A stretch of DNA of 64,000 bases from Elsinoe ampelina. Lineage: Eukaryota. The number at the start of each line of letters is the position of its first letter. The first letter of the stretch is position 1. Position numbers and translations under genes: made by a program. The stretch is from assembly GCA_010093995.1 (NCBI GenBank), contig ML992510.1, positions 199,504-263,503 on the forward strand. The letters run 5' to 3'. Of the stretch, positions 1 through 11,444 are shown in pieces. A model generated the notes under the pieces. The model did not search any database, was not told where the DNA came from, and saw nothing but the letters and a program-made list of their open reading frames with translations.

Positions 1-659
1 ACCGCCGCCATTCCCGTGACACATTTTTGGACTTGAGACGAACCAGAGGCAACGGAGAAAAACCCAGTTTCCCTGTCTCCAAAAGACTTGCCTTCGAAGC
101 CGCCATCCCGGGTCCCCGTCAAAATACCGCACCACCCACCACCCCTCTGCCACTGCAAAATTCTCAATTTACTCCCTGCTAATTTCACAACAACACGTAC
201 AAGCCTTCCACCACTTGCTGCATCCGTTACAGGATCACATCCAACACCGTAAAGGCCAGCGCCTCGAATCCTAGATCCCCCTGGCTCTGAAACCTAACAC
301 GAACAACTGTCTGGCTGCCTCAGCTCGCGCGTCATAGCCACAGCCCACCACATCTACCTCTACCTCACTCGCCTCACATTACCCTTTCACTGCTGTACCT
401 CTTCTGCGACCGTAACCAAAAGACCCTGTGTCGACCCTCGAATAACTCAAATCGGTCAACAACAGAGCATTCGTTTTCCGCGCTCCTATTCCTCACATCA
501 CGTCACAAGATGCCTGGCTTGATATTATAACACGAGCTGGCCTTCGGGTCCAAGTTTTGCGCCGAGTAATACTCTGCAAGGACTGTCAATTCATACACCG
601 CCTGTGTGCAAGAGCGCGCAGTCAATCACCCACCAATCTCATATACACACTTCGCAGCC

Positions 660-2960
660 ATGTTTGCGACACCACACACATCGAGTCAGGTCGCGGATGA
701 CCTGACCCATGAGTCGGAAGAGCCTCCTGACGAAAAGCTGCACAGTATAGCAGGTCAACCTTTGGAACCCAACTTCGCCAAGGCAATCCCAAGGCGCGCC
801 CTCTACACTAGGAGAGAGTCATTGCTCACGAAGCAACTGCACGCCAGCGAAGGCGAGTCGCATACTGAAGATGAGCGTTCGGAGTATCGCTCTACTGGTC
901 GCGCCCTCTCTACTTCCAGCATGGCCGACCTCACCAGCGACAACGACATGACAAGCCCTGGTACTCGAGGCAGTTCTCCTAGTCCTACACTGCCACCGGC
1001 CCGGCTCACACTTGCAGTCCCGACGCTAGAGAAGCAAATTGTCAAGGAGCCAACCATTGTTGAACAAGACGAGAATTCGCCGGCCACTGCGGTCACGGAG
1101 AAGGCTGTCGAGACTGGTCTGGGCCGACGCCGCTGTATAACGTTCGCATGTGGAAGAAAGGCGTCAGAAACCAAAGAACCCATCAAGGCACCAGAGCTTT
1201 CGTCGCAAAACAAGACGCCTACTCCACCCAAACGCAAGTGCGCCATCACCTTTGCTTGCCCCACCAGAACCAAGCCTGCGACTGAGAAGCTCACTCTCAC
1301 CACTCGCCATGTCAGCCCGGCACCCAAGTCTCCAAGATCACCACGTGTGTTTAAGCAGCACCGCGGCTCTGAAAGCACTGTCACCAACTCATCTCCATCG
1401 ACACTCAAGAAGGTTCCGTCTGTCATCAGACGTCGCAACAAGTATGTTGACGATGCCGATGAAGACAAGCGCGAGGCAAAGCGCTTCCACGAATTTGCTA
1501 TCGATGCTCATGCCGACGATGAATGGACCGAGGAGATCACTTGCCATCGTAAGCGTTTGACAGTCAAGGACACCCTCTACAAAGAGAACGTCATTCGCCA
1601 AATCGGCGAAGAGTTTGAAGAGGAAGAGGGAGCAGAAGATGAGATCGATGAAGAGGCTATTCTGGACGAATTGGACGAGGAAGAGGGCGACTTGGACGAC
1701 GATGAAGACGATGAGGATGAGGACGACGAAGATGATGATCTGGACGACGGCGAAAGTGCTCGGGCTTCAGTCATGGCACAGGCCGGCGACACTATATCCG
1801 ATGGGGGTTTCGACACCGATGATGAGGAAGGTTTCGCCAACACATCCGAGAGTGAGGGCGACGACAGCGATTTCGAATGGTGGGCTCCTGGCCGCTCTAC
1901 TGCAGCTACCTCCACGGATGCTCTGGAACACATTCGTCCCGCCCACCACCGAAAGCTTTCCGACTCATCACTCGAGTCTGCTCGTGAAGCTAATGGTGCT
2001 ACTATCAAAGCACACAAGAAGTCCCGTGCCAGATCTGCTGCTGTCAGGATCAATCGACCCTCGACACCAGAGCTGCCTGACAGCACTGATTTCGTCTGCG
2101 GTACACTGGATGAGGATCGTCCTCTGGAGCAGGCTTACCTATCTGCCAAGGAGCATCGCAAGGCCGCCAAGCACAAGATTACGCCCCAGGACATCGATCC
2201 TACCTTCCCTACCTCTGACCCCGAAATGGATGAGGAGGATGAGGAGGACGAGGTCGAGCAGGACGATGACGAGGAAGAGGGCCAACTTTTCATGCACGGC
2301 AATATGGACATCCACGAGGATCGTGGACGACGTGTCCACCACCAGAAGAAACGTTCTCCTCATCCCTCTCCTCGCCGCTTCAGGTCACCTCCACCCGCTG
2401 GACGCATCGTCCACAAGTCTCCGCCTCAGCCAACAAGGAGGACATCGCTGAGATCGCCGCCACCGCCTTGTAATCGTGGACGCCTTCGATCACCACCGCC
2501 GAGGAAGCTTTTTGGTCACTCTCCGCACCGTCTGAGGTCACCTCCTCCAAGCAATCGTCCGACTTCACCACCAAACTCGGTCGAAGGCACTCCAAAAGCA
2601 ACCTTGACGCCCCGCAACTCTGGCTTGGGAATCCGTCCGCAGTTGACAAAGACTGCATCTCTACCGCGGGTACCGACCATGACCAAGATTCAGACCTTGA
2701 ATCCAGGAGCAAAGTCGGACGATGAGGAAGAAGAAGCCAATCAAGATCTTCGTTGTCGTGGTGCCATTGACATTGTCAAAGGATTGGAGAAGAAGCGTCA
2801 ACGCCGCAAGGAGAAGCTTTACCAGAAGCACTGCCAAAAGCACAAGAAGGAAGTTGAGAAGAAATGCAGGCCTGGAAAGGGCGCTGAGAGAATGAGAGAG
2901 CTTGGTCTTGAGCTTGCTGCCTACCGCGGCAACAAGGCTGAACACATGCTCTCATACTAA
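660..2960 (+). CDS. Conserved fungal acidic/Pro-rich low-complexity protein, DUF2457-like
   Basis: Intronless ORF from the first ATG (660, context GCCATG). Two C.ITFAC motifs, RFHEF..DDEW, a long D/E tract, PELPDSTDFVCGTLDEDRP, repeated RLRSPPP and a basic C-terminus. Family assignment is from memory. Confidence 0.7.
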   Translation: MFATPHTSSQVADDLTHESEEPPDEKLHSIAGQPLEPNFAKAIPRRALYTRRESLLTKQLHASEGESHTEDERSEYRSTGRALSTSSMADLTSDNDMTSPGTRGSSPSPTLPPARLTLAVPTLEKQIVKEPTIVEQDENSPATAVTEKAVETGLGRRRCITFACGRKASETKEPIKAPELSSQNKTPTPPKRKCAITFACPTRTKPATEKLTLTTRHVSPAPKSPRSPRVFKQHRGSESTVTNSSPSTLKKVPSVIRRRNKYVDDADEDKREAKRFHEFAIDAHADDEWTEEITCHRKRLTVKDTLYKENVIRQIGEEFEEEEGAEDEIDEEAILDELDEEEGDLDDDEDDEDEDDEDDDLDDGESARASVMAQAGDTISDGGFDTDDEEGFANTSESEGDDSDFEWWAPGRSTAATSTDALEHIRPAHHRKLSDSSLESAREANGATIKAHKKSRARSAAVRINRPSTPELPDSTDFVCGTLDEDRPLEQAYLSAKEHRKAAKHKITPQDIDPTFPTSDPEMDEEDEEDEVEQDDDEEEGQLFMHGNMDIHEDRGRRVHHQKKRSPHPSPRRFRSPPPAGRIVHKSPPQPTRRTSLRSPPPPCNRGRLRSPPPRKLFGHSPHRLRSPPPSNRPTSPPNSVEGTPKATLTPRNSGLGIRPQLTKTASLPRVPTMTKIQTLNPGAKSDDEEEEANQDLRCRGAIDIVKGLEKKRQRRKEKLYQKHCQKHKKEVEKKCRPGKGAERMRELGLELAAYRGNKAEHMLSY

Positions 2961-3511
2961 GGAGTCATGAATATCACGAACACCGGATCCAGTGAATGGG
3001 CGCCGCCAATACGGCATCATGTCAGTCTATGGGACTGCTGGTCGCCCATCACTGTTGTCAGATCCGATTGCACATAACGCATAGCATGAAAGCCAACAAG
3101 GGCTACGCTAGCATTCTTTCGTTTTTACGTATATACCCAGCACATTGGATCAATCCTTTGATGCCTAGCATTGCATAACCTAGCTTGAACACGAATGGAT
3201 ATCATCTATCATTCTATCATTTCCCTTGCTTCACTTGGTCTTGTATATTTTGTGAGGACCGCTTCAAACGACGAGAGATATTGACGTAGATGATCTGGAC
3301 ATGAGAAGCTGGCCCTGAAAAGTTGCTCTCACGTGACTCGCGGAAGCGTGACGCCAGATGTTCAAGTGCTTCACAGCTGGGCACTTCTCCGACTTTCTGT
3401 GAACACCACGTCAACAAGTCCATCCTCCTTCTCATCCGACTGCCGCCTTCCTCCGTTTCAGCATCCAAATTTACCTCCACCACAGCGGCATCCGACCTCG
3501 CAACCGCAAAC

Positions 3512-4790
3512 ATGTGGATGATCGATTGGTGTGCGTCTCTAACCCGCCAAGCTCCTTCGATAGCTCGGGGCAGCCGCATCACCTCGACCTGGGATCGTGC
3601 TGACACCAAATACAGTCTGGGATGTCCTCGCCAACCTTGGCCTTCTCAACAAGCATGCCGTATGTGATCGCCAACACGAGCGGATGGAAGAGCAACGTGT
3701 CTGACCCTGCGCACAGAAACTCCTTTTCTTGGGTTTAGATAATGCCGGAAAGACAACTGTAAGATAGAAAGTTCTGTTCAGACTTGCAGGCTCTGGACGC
3801 TAACGTGCACAACAGCTCCTCCACATGCTCAAGGTGAGCGGATTCAAGAGCTTGGGATGAAACAATCGCTAATCTTGGACTCGTTTTGCAGAACGACAGA
3901 GTGTAAGGATCTCAGGCGCATGGCATGCAGGATCGAAGCTGACAATCTACCAGAGCTGTCCTCAACCCAACCCTTCACCCGAGTACGTCATGTGTAATTG
4001 GAGAAGCGAGCTTCGATGTCTGACCGCACTCCAGCTTCCGAAGAGCTCAGCATTGGTTCCGTCCGATTCACCACATTCGATTTGGGAGGTTTGTGGCATC
4101 AAGAATTAGCAAGGAGCTCGGATCTGACACATACAAGGACACCAGCAGGCAAGACGGTTGTGGAAGGATGTGAGTAATCAAGAGCTCGCGAGCTACAGAA
4201 GGAAGACTGACCAGCGACTAGTACTTTCCCGAGGTCTCCGGTATGGCACATAACGGCGGTCCACAAACGACACTTGCTCATGACTTTGACAGGTATCGTA
4301 TTCCTCGTGGACGCAAAGGACCCAGAACGTTTCCAAGAGAGCAAGGATGAGCTCGATGCACTCCTCGCCATGGAGGATCTGTCAAAAACTCCTTTCCTGA
4401 TTCTCGGCAACAAGATTGATCGTGAGTTGTGGAGCTTTGAGAAAGTGAATCACCTCTAACATGCGCCAGACCCGAACGCCGTCAGCGAAGATCAGCTAGT
4501 ATGTCGACTTTAGAATGAAGATGTTGAGAGAAATCTGACACAACTTCCAGCGACATGAGCTCGGCCTTTACCAGACTACCGGCAAGGGCAAGGTCCCTCT
4601 CGAGGGCATCAGGCCGATCGAGGTCTTCAGTAAGTACATTGAATCTTGTGTGTCCAGTCAAAGCTCTGATCGACCATAGTGTGCTCCGTCGTCATGAGAC
4701 AGGGCTACGGCGAGGGTATCCGCTGGCTGTAAGTCACCTTCTTGGAACGCCTCGTGTGATATTGACAACGTTAGCTCACAATACGTGTAA
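3512..4790 (+). CDS. SAR1: Small COPII coat GTPase Sar1 (14 exons)
   Basis: Hand-spliced exons 3512-3530, 3616-3659, 3717-3758, 3816-3833, 3892-3902, 3954-3982, 4035-4088, 4138-4169, 4222-4240, 4293-4421, 4470-4498, 4551-4629, 4680-4728, 4775-4790 total 570 nt = 189 aa. Contains [30 protein letters not shown] and ends WLSQYV*. Confidence 0.97.
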
Positions 4791-6399
4791 ACACTTCGCA
4801 CCAAACGACGAGCGCAGGGTCAACAATTGCGGGCACGGGAACGATACATCTGAGATGTTGCGACGACGCCATAGAGAAATTGAGGAGCGGCAGGCAACCT
4901 TGGATTCACAGCGTCTAGAGGCATTTGAAATTATCTTTGCACAGGCGTTTCAACCCAGAGGTACGAGTGGTAGCTAGTATGATAAGCCAGTCCGACAACT
5001 TTGCTCTATTTCGGTACGTGCGTGTGTCTCCTACCTACTGGTACGCCTCGTCTCAGGGCCACGGTCACAAAGGTGAATTGATATGCTGCATGGTACTGAA
5101 GCACTTCTCGTTCAAGTACTGTCTCGGACAGATCACAGGGTCGAAGTCAGGTCATTTCGAATTAAAATCTAAAATGACAACGATTTGCATTCCTCCGAGC
5201 ACACCTTGCATGCACGCCTCACCTAGTCCCTCACTTCAAGTACACCTGCAATTTCCATCTTCGTCATTGTAAGAGCAGATGTTGTCGGTCCTGGTCTCGC
5301 TTTCTACTCGATCAACGAGGTCCGCTTCGACGAGATCATCGCCTATATATCCCCCTACATCGCGGAGGATTGCAACGATGTGACGACCTGACCGTCGCTA
5401 TAGCTGCCTTGGGACTAACCTTCCGGTCAACATCACAAATGGAGTCTCAGAATGACAAAGTGGCTGCACATCTACAGGCTCTTTCGCTCGCAGGAGCCTC
5501 AGATCATCGAGACTATGTGTCACTGTCAGGGATACGTGTCAATAGCGCCGTTGGCTTCACCGGAACTCATCTTGGCTGAGCCTGGCATGCACTACAACCG
5601 CTCGGATTAGGAATTCGTCCCATCCAGGCTCAAGCGACAGAAGATGTGTCCCGTGCCCGAGTGTGCCAGACATCTAGACGACTGCTTGTTCGATATCGGA
5701 CAGCCGATTGCGGTGTGGACTTTCTTGCCACGAGTGTCACCGTGCTGAGGGACATGACTGAGGATATGTGTGTACCAAATGAGCGGTCTTCGCGGCACGG
5801 GTTTCTTTGAGATTCGGAACCGCGCCTCATCTAGCGGCAGATGCGCGAAGACGCAAGCTTCGGGCTAGAGTCGAGGCGCCGTGGGCGGCAGGCACCTACA
5901 CACAGACCGTATTCCCGCGCTGGAGGCACCGGAACTGAGTGAAAGTGTGCATGTACTCAACGACCTGCGGGGCCAAGCTACGTGATCTTCAGTAGATCCT
6001 TTCATGCAAGCTGAGAAATGCTGCAGGTGCAGCTCCAAGCGTACAAAGAGGGTCACGCGGACCCGTATACTCTCTGGTCAGCGTATATACTTCAACGCAA
6101 CAGCTAGAGATCTACAGAAAAGGTCAACATCGCCGATGATGCAGCTCAAATGTGGACGGAGGAGCTGTTGTTGTCCGAACAAGCTTCAGGCATGGATGCT
6201 ATGTATGCCAAGGCAGGCGAAGCTCTATTCATTGTGGGGGCCCCGCAAGGCATCACCATCGCAGCGGTCATACGGCGGCACTTGAGACTACAAACCCACA
6301 GCGTGCCCTCAGCGATGTTGGCAGTCGTGCTAATCTGGTTCTACCCTCACTGCACGCTGCCTCTCAACCTTGACCCTTTTCCAACAAATTGCAGACTTC

Positions 6400-7188
6400 A
6401 TGGCAGACGCCGCCGACCAGATCTCTCGCCGCAAGGTGTTTAGCCAACAGACCCGCTTGGATGTGGACAAAGAGACGTCCCCTTTCGAGCTTCTTGCACT
6501 TGCCCGCCGCTTCACCGATAACACTTCCCGCCGCCTCTCCCTTGCGCCTGCGAATGGCCTTGATGCAGAGCTTTTCGCATGGGACTGCCGGGACATTTTC
6601 TACATGTACGTGCGCCTGGTGGAGGTCGCGGACCTCGGAGCGGATGTCGTCGACAGTGCGGTAGTGTCCATCATAGCCACGAGGGAGCTCGGGTCTCTTC
6701 CGCTCGATTCGAATGCAAGAGACGGAAGCACGGCCGCTCGTGTCAGTAGGGCCATCTGGGGAGATCTGCCATTCTTGGTCGAGGCGTTGGACGCGGCCCT
6801 CGACAGCCGATCTGGCAAGGCCCGTCTGAAGCTGGTTCATTTCGCTGCCAAATTAATGGTGGTTGGCATTCATACAGAGCGCATGGCGCCTCTGATGATA
6901 CGTGACTTGGACGCGATGGAAGGCGAGCTAGTCCCAAACGCGGGGTCGCTGCTTGATGTTCTTACAGCGGCGGAAATATGGGTGCGGACTGCGGCCCAGA
7001 AGACTCTGACTTTGGCAAAACGCAAGATTGCAGACGTGGATGTGAGGAAGTGGAGTGCGTGGAAAGCTGCTCTAGGTGCCGTCGATGATGGTCAGCGAAA
7101 GGGCGAGGTCATAGAAGTGGCGAAAAGGGCGCTGTTTCACATGCAGCAGAGTGAACGGTTTCTTGCGCCGGAGATGGAAACCCAATGA
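6400..7188 (+). CDS. Hypothetical protein, DUF3632-like C-terminus
   Basis: 263-codon ORF from ATG 6400 with AAEIWV..AA and KWSAWK motifs resembling fungal DUF3632. An upstream exon is possible (ttgcag acceptor ending 6394). Confidence 0.5.
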   Translation: MADAADQISRRKVFSQQTRLDVDKETSPFELLALARRFTDNTSRRLSLAPANGLDAELFAWDCRDIFYMYVRLVEVADLGADVVDSAVVSIIATRELGSLPLDSNARDGSTAARVSRAIWGDLPFLVEALDAALDSRSGKARLKLVHFAAKLMVVGIHTERMAPLMIRDLDAMEGELVPNAGSLLDVLTAAEIWVRTAAQKTLTLAKRKIADVDVRKWSAWKAALGAVDDGQRKGEVIEVAKRALFHMQQSERFLAPEMETQ

Positions 7189-7522
7189 TGATGATCGGAT
7201 GCACGGCGTGGGCGTTCGGGAAGGCACCATGTTTTGGCTCAGCCACGAGCACTTTCGGTCGGAACGAAGAGGTCTCTCCGAGGAAATGAAGTCGGTCTAC
7301 ACTTGGCTCCACTGTTTAGCTCCACTCTCCGAGAATGGAATCTGGGGGTCTCGTGATCCAGAGAGGAACGTCTGGGTGACCAAGAGATTGCGAACGATTT
7401 GACTCTTGTATAGACATAGGCCAGCTTCGGACTGCCCGTTGAAATGGTAAAAACGACGACCACTCACTTCAAGAAGACCATGCCAGGCTAAAGAGAAAGC
7501 AATCCGAAGTATTCGGTCCAAA

Positions 7523-9055
7523 TTAGCACACCGGGTGTGCGCTTAGGCCCTGCAAAATCTCCTTCGAACTTAAGTCGCTCTCCACTGCCCAAGCTACGAT
7601 CCCATCTGGCCTGATCAGAAGCGCTTCCAGTCCCTTCTCGTCCTTTGCCCTGCCGGCAATGTAGCGAATCTCCGCTTTGCGTTTGACTTGCTCAGCCAGC
7701 GTCTCCATACCATTGAAAACGACGATCAGCCATCTTCCTTCTCTCATCTTCTCGCCCAGTCTTGTTCCATCCTCGAAATCAAAGTCTGGAGCACTCCTGC
7801 CGACCAGGTCATGCACTTCCTGCCCGTTCGACAGATCATACCTAATGTCCACACCCCACACCTTGGCGATCATCTGGCTCATGCCCTCAGTCGTAGCAAT
7901 CAGATCTTCCACGACCTTTCTGATGGCCTTGCCGTATAGGTCCGGCATCAGCGTCGACACCTGCGCTCTCGTCCATTCGAGCACCCAATCTGCGACGGGC
8001 GAGCGTTCCTTCTCGTAAGAGTCAAGCAGGCCCGTGTGCATCTGATTGCTCGTCCCATGTGCCTCAGCACGGACGAGTGCGCCAAGCTTCCAGCCCAGGT
8101 TCATCGCATCGCACAATCCGAGGTTGAGGCCTTGCGCACCTATTGGCGAGTGGATATGCGCAGCGTCGCCAGCGAGGATGACTCGGCCTCTGCGGTAAGT
8201 TGCGGCCTTTTTGCATCTATCTGTGGACGAAGTCACTTGATGGAGAGCAGTGACTTGGATATCTGTACGCCCAGAGATACGAGTGAAGGCTTCTTGGAAG
8301 TGCTCGAGTGTGATCTCCTGGGTGCGATCGAAATTGGCGGCAGAGAAATCGAGGAGGTGCACACAAGTGATCGGACCAGGTACCACGACCATGAAACCAT
8401 TGTCGGTCTTGTGAAAGCCCGGCTTGAGCATGTTCGGTGGATCGAGAGTGCATGTTGCGGAGAATGCAGTGTACTTTGGCTGGGTCCCGACAAAGTCAAT
8501 GGCAGCGAGCTTGCGAACGGTGCTACGACCACCGTCACAACCAACAAGATAACGACCCCGGAAAGTCTGTGACTGTGTTGTCTCGACGCGAACACTGCTA
8601 TTGTCCTGGGCCAAGCTAGTGATGCCATTGCCACGAACGATGTCTACCCCAACACTCTCTGCGTGTTTGCTCAAAATAGATTCGATCTGCTCCGTAGTGG
8701 TACGTCCAGGATTTACGCCTGGGGCCGCGATGCGATATTTCCAGCTCGAGCCTTTGAGATCACCAGCGATCAAAGGCAGACCTGCAAAATGTCCTGCAGA
8801 GCGGCTGAAGTCGAATCCCGCGGGTTTGTCTGAACCTGGGTTGTTGAAGTGATGGAGAAGTCCACGTCGATACAGTATCTCGACGGAAAGCATGTTCAGG
8901 CCTCGGAAGCCCAGCGGAAAGGACTTCCAAGGATTATCGGGCGTTGCATCGTGTTCCAAGACTAGCACCGAAGCACGAGCAAGTCGTAGCTCAGTCGCTA
9001 GGAATAGGCCGACTGGCCAACCGCCAGCAATGATAACGTCGTATAATTTGCCCAT
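7523..9055 (-). CDS. FAD-dependent aromatic-ring monooxygenase (PheA/TfdB, Rox-like, class A flavoprotein)
   Basis: Intronless. YDVIIAGGWPVG (altered GxGxxG), LVGCDGGRSTVRK, RVILAGDAAHIHSPIGAQGLNLG and C-terminal LIRPDGIVAW. Confidence 0.9.
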   Translation of the reverse strand: MGKLYDVIIAGGWPVGLFLATELRLARASVLVLEHDATPDNPWKSFPLGFRGLNMLSVEILYRRGLLHHFNNPGSDKPAGFDFSRSAGHFAGLPLIAGDLKGSSWKYRIAAPGVNPGRTTTEQIESILSKHAESVGVDIVRGNGITSLAQDNSSVRVETTQSQTFRGRYLVGCDGGRSTVRKLAAIDFVGTQPKYTAFSATCTLDPPNMLKPGFHKTDNGFMVVVPGPITCVHLLDFSAANFDRTQEITLEHFQEAFTRISGRTDIQVTALHQVTSSTDRCKKAATYRRGRVILAGDAAHIHSPIGAQGLNLGLCDAMNLGWKLGALVRAEAHGTSNQMHTGLLDSYEKERSPVADWVLEWTRAQVSTLMPDLYGKAIRKVVEDLIATTEGMSQMIAKVWGVDIRYDLSNGQEVHDLVGRSAPDFDFEDGTRLGEKMREGRWLIVVFNGMETLAEQVKRKAEIRYIAGRAKDEKGLEALLIRPDGIVAWAVESDLSSKEILQGLSAHPVC

Positions 9056-9392
9056 TTGAGATGTGCTAGTAACCAAGTCCAGGCCACCTGGTTTGCGCGG
9101 AGAAGAGAAGTTGGGGCGGCGTCTTCGAGTGGGCGTCTGGCAGCTTTGATGGCAAGGTTGATTCGTCTGAGCAACACATGACCGACTCTTGACTTATATA
9201 TAACAACACTGATACCGTTCTGGTTGATGACGATGCTCTCCATACATATGACAAGAGCATTGCTAGGTTCCACCGAGACGGACATTATGCTCGGCCGGTG
9301 ATGTCCACTCGGCCGAGGGTGGTGAAGAAACCCGAGCCTCAAGCCAATCAGCATCAAACAGCTTCGACCGGCTTGGCACCACCCGAGCTCCA

Positions 9393-11444
9393 TCATGTTT
9401 GATGACCTTGTACTAGCTGATCCCAGAAGGTCCAGTCGATGTTATCGAGGTTCATGTCCGTCTCCATGTTGAATTCCCCGATGCCAAATGGATCTTCGGC
9501 GTCCACTGGATGTTTGGGAGTCGCTCGACTTCCCATAACCGTATCCACTCGAGTCTCTGGTGTTGCAAGATCTTGAGTCACTAGGCTAGGTCGTTTGTAA
9601 TTCCTCAACTTGAGAACAAAGTCTGGTTGAATTGTGTCTCCAGTCCGTGGGTGGGCATCCCAAGCTTTGACGGCCAGTCGCCCGATCGCAGCGTAGAGAG
9701 CTTGCTTGAGCTCAAGAAATTCGCTGTGATCGTTATAGACTTGTTGAATCTTGTCCCAGGCAACATCGATCTGCTTCTGAGTAAGAGGCACAGACTCTGG
9801 CGATTGCAGACTAGTGAGAAGAAAGATGATGGAGTCCCATGAACCCCAAGCAAAGAACGATCTTGTGTGCCACATGAACCCCTTCACTCCGGCGTGGGCC
9901 CGCGCCGCAATATCAGTATCAAGAGTTTTGAGCGCCAATTGATATAGCTCTTTCCTGTCTTTCTCCGTGGAGATCTGATGTCGGACTCTGCCAAAGCGCA
10001 CTTTGATCCTCATAGCGGAGATGGCAGACCTTGATATTGCAATGGTCAAAAAGTGCAAAGGATTCACGATGTCGCAATAGCGGATGTACTTCTCTTCGAC
10101 TTCGGTTTCGGCATCCGCAATTATCCTCTCAATTTCCTCGGGCGACTGTTGATGCTTCACACCAGGCATAAGTAGTGTTCTTCCCGCTTTTGCAAAGACG
10201 CTTCCAGCACAAGCTCGCGCAAGGCAGAAGATCATCTCGGTAGCACCCTTTGTCTCCACGGGCTGTTCAGTCATGCCAGGCCATATCTGATCGTCGTTGA
10301 TATCGAGGGGTCGGATGGTATCCCAGCTGTCCGGGATGATACCAATGCCCGTGCCCGCCATCTGACTGGCCACTCCGTCAAGAGGGACCAATCGATAAAA
10401 GATACGTCGTCGCATCTGGATATCGAAGGGCGGCAGATTCAGACCCTCGCCATCTCGGTGGAGACCTAAACGCTGCGCAATTCTTGCCGCGACGCCCGTC
10501 AAAATCCAGTAGGTGTGCGAGTCGTAGTGGTGTCGACATGGCAAGAGAAACAAGATCAGTGCTTGTTCTACAATCAGCTCGGTAGTCTTCAAGAAAGTGG
10601 CATTGACTAAGGCTTGACGAGCTGCAAAGTGATACAGCTTGAGCTTGCGTTCCCTTGACCATCCTCGTTTCTCGCAGTCAGCGTCGGTCATGGAGAAGAT
10701 GGCGAAGTGATAGATCGCAAACAGTAAGCATTCCTCTCCTTTTGCTGCAATGATGGGTTCCTTTGAGATTGTCTTCAGCAGAGTTCCAGTAGATGGTACG
10801 TGCACCATCTTGATGAGAGGCTCGACATTGTCGCAATAAATATCCCATAGCAGCATCGCTTCTTGATGAGACGGATGTAGATCAGTCAGATCACGACGAT
10901 CACCTACCAGAGCTCCTGTAAGCGGGTCTTCGACGGCCATATCATGATGGGCATCAAGACCATCCGGTCCTTCGTTAGACAACTCCTCCATGTCATCTTC
11001 CCCGAGATTTCGCCAGAGACTCCCATCGATGTATCTCGTTTTGCCTTGACTGCTGAGCAGAGTGCCATTCTTAGACACTCCAGCGAAGTACCTCAAGGCA
11101 GTGTCCCCTTCTGGTAAGCCATCGAAGGCTTCAGCAGGGGCATGTTCGGTCTCTTGTGGGAGTAATCCATGCTGACTGAGGATACCCTCATAGCGTGCAA
11201 GCTTCTCATCAGCATCATTGCTCATCCGTCGCTTCCGACGTCGTGGGAGTGGCGCCTGATACGTGCAGTCGAGCTTGCTTTTGCGACATGTTGAGCATAC
11301 CGGGGCACTCTTGTCGCATTTCACCTTGCGTCGGGTGCATGTCTGACAAGCAAATGTCATTGTTCGGGCAGGTGGAGAGGCGGCATTGGCGCCAAGATGG
11401 GATGAATAAGCCGCCGGTGGCGTCGGAGCGAGCACGTTTGGCAT
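9393..11444 (-). CDS. Zn(II)2Cys6 transcription factor with Fungal_trans middle domain
   Basis: ACQTCTRRKVKCDKSAPVCSTCRKSKLDC and GVAARIAQRLGLHRDG..PPFDIQMRRR. Intronless. Start at ATG 11444 or 11360. Confidence 0.92.
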   Translation of the reverse strand: MPNVLAPTPPAAYSSHLGANAASPPARTMTFACQTCTRRKVKCDKSAPVCSTCRKSKLDCTYQAPLPRRRKRRMSNDADEKLARYEGILSQHGLLPQETEHAPAEAFDGLPEGDTALRYFAGVSKNGTLLSSQGKTRYIDGSLWRNLGEDDMEELSNEGPDGLDAHHDMAVEDPLTGALVGDRRDLTDLHPSHQEAMLLWDIYCDNVEPLIKMVHVPSTGTLLKTISKEPIIAAKGEECLLFAIYHFAIFSMTDADCEKRGWSRERKLKLYHFAARQALVNATFLKTTELIVEQALILFLLPCRHHYDSHTYWILTGVAARIAQRLGLHRDGEGLNLPPFDIQMRRRIFYRLVPLDGVASQMAGTGIGIIPDSWDTIRPLDINDDQIWPGMTEQPVETKGATEMIFCLARACAGSVFAKAGRTLLMPGVKHQQSPEEIERIIADAETEVEEKYIRYCDIVNPLHFLTIAISRSAISAMRIKVRFGRVRHQISTEKDRKELYQLALKTLDTDIAARAHAGVKGFMWHTRSFFAWGSWDSIIFLLTSLQSPESVPLTQKQIDVAWDKIQQVYNDHSEFLELKQALYAAIGRLAVKAWDAHPRTGDTIQPDFVLKLRNYKRPSLVTQDLATPETRVDTVMGSRATPKHPVDAEDPFGIGEFNMETDMNLDNIDWTFWDQLVQGHQT

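Noticed and set aside
4555..5272. ORF-track frames 4555-4977 and 4925-5272
   Set aside because: They overlap SAR1 exons/introns out of frame and its 3' region; no independent support.
5270..6360. Several short overlapping ORFs, possibly a decayed gene
   Set aside because: No recognisable motif or consistent frame/splice model could be built by eye.
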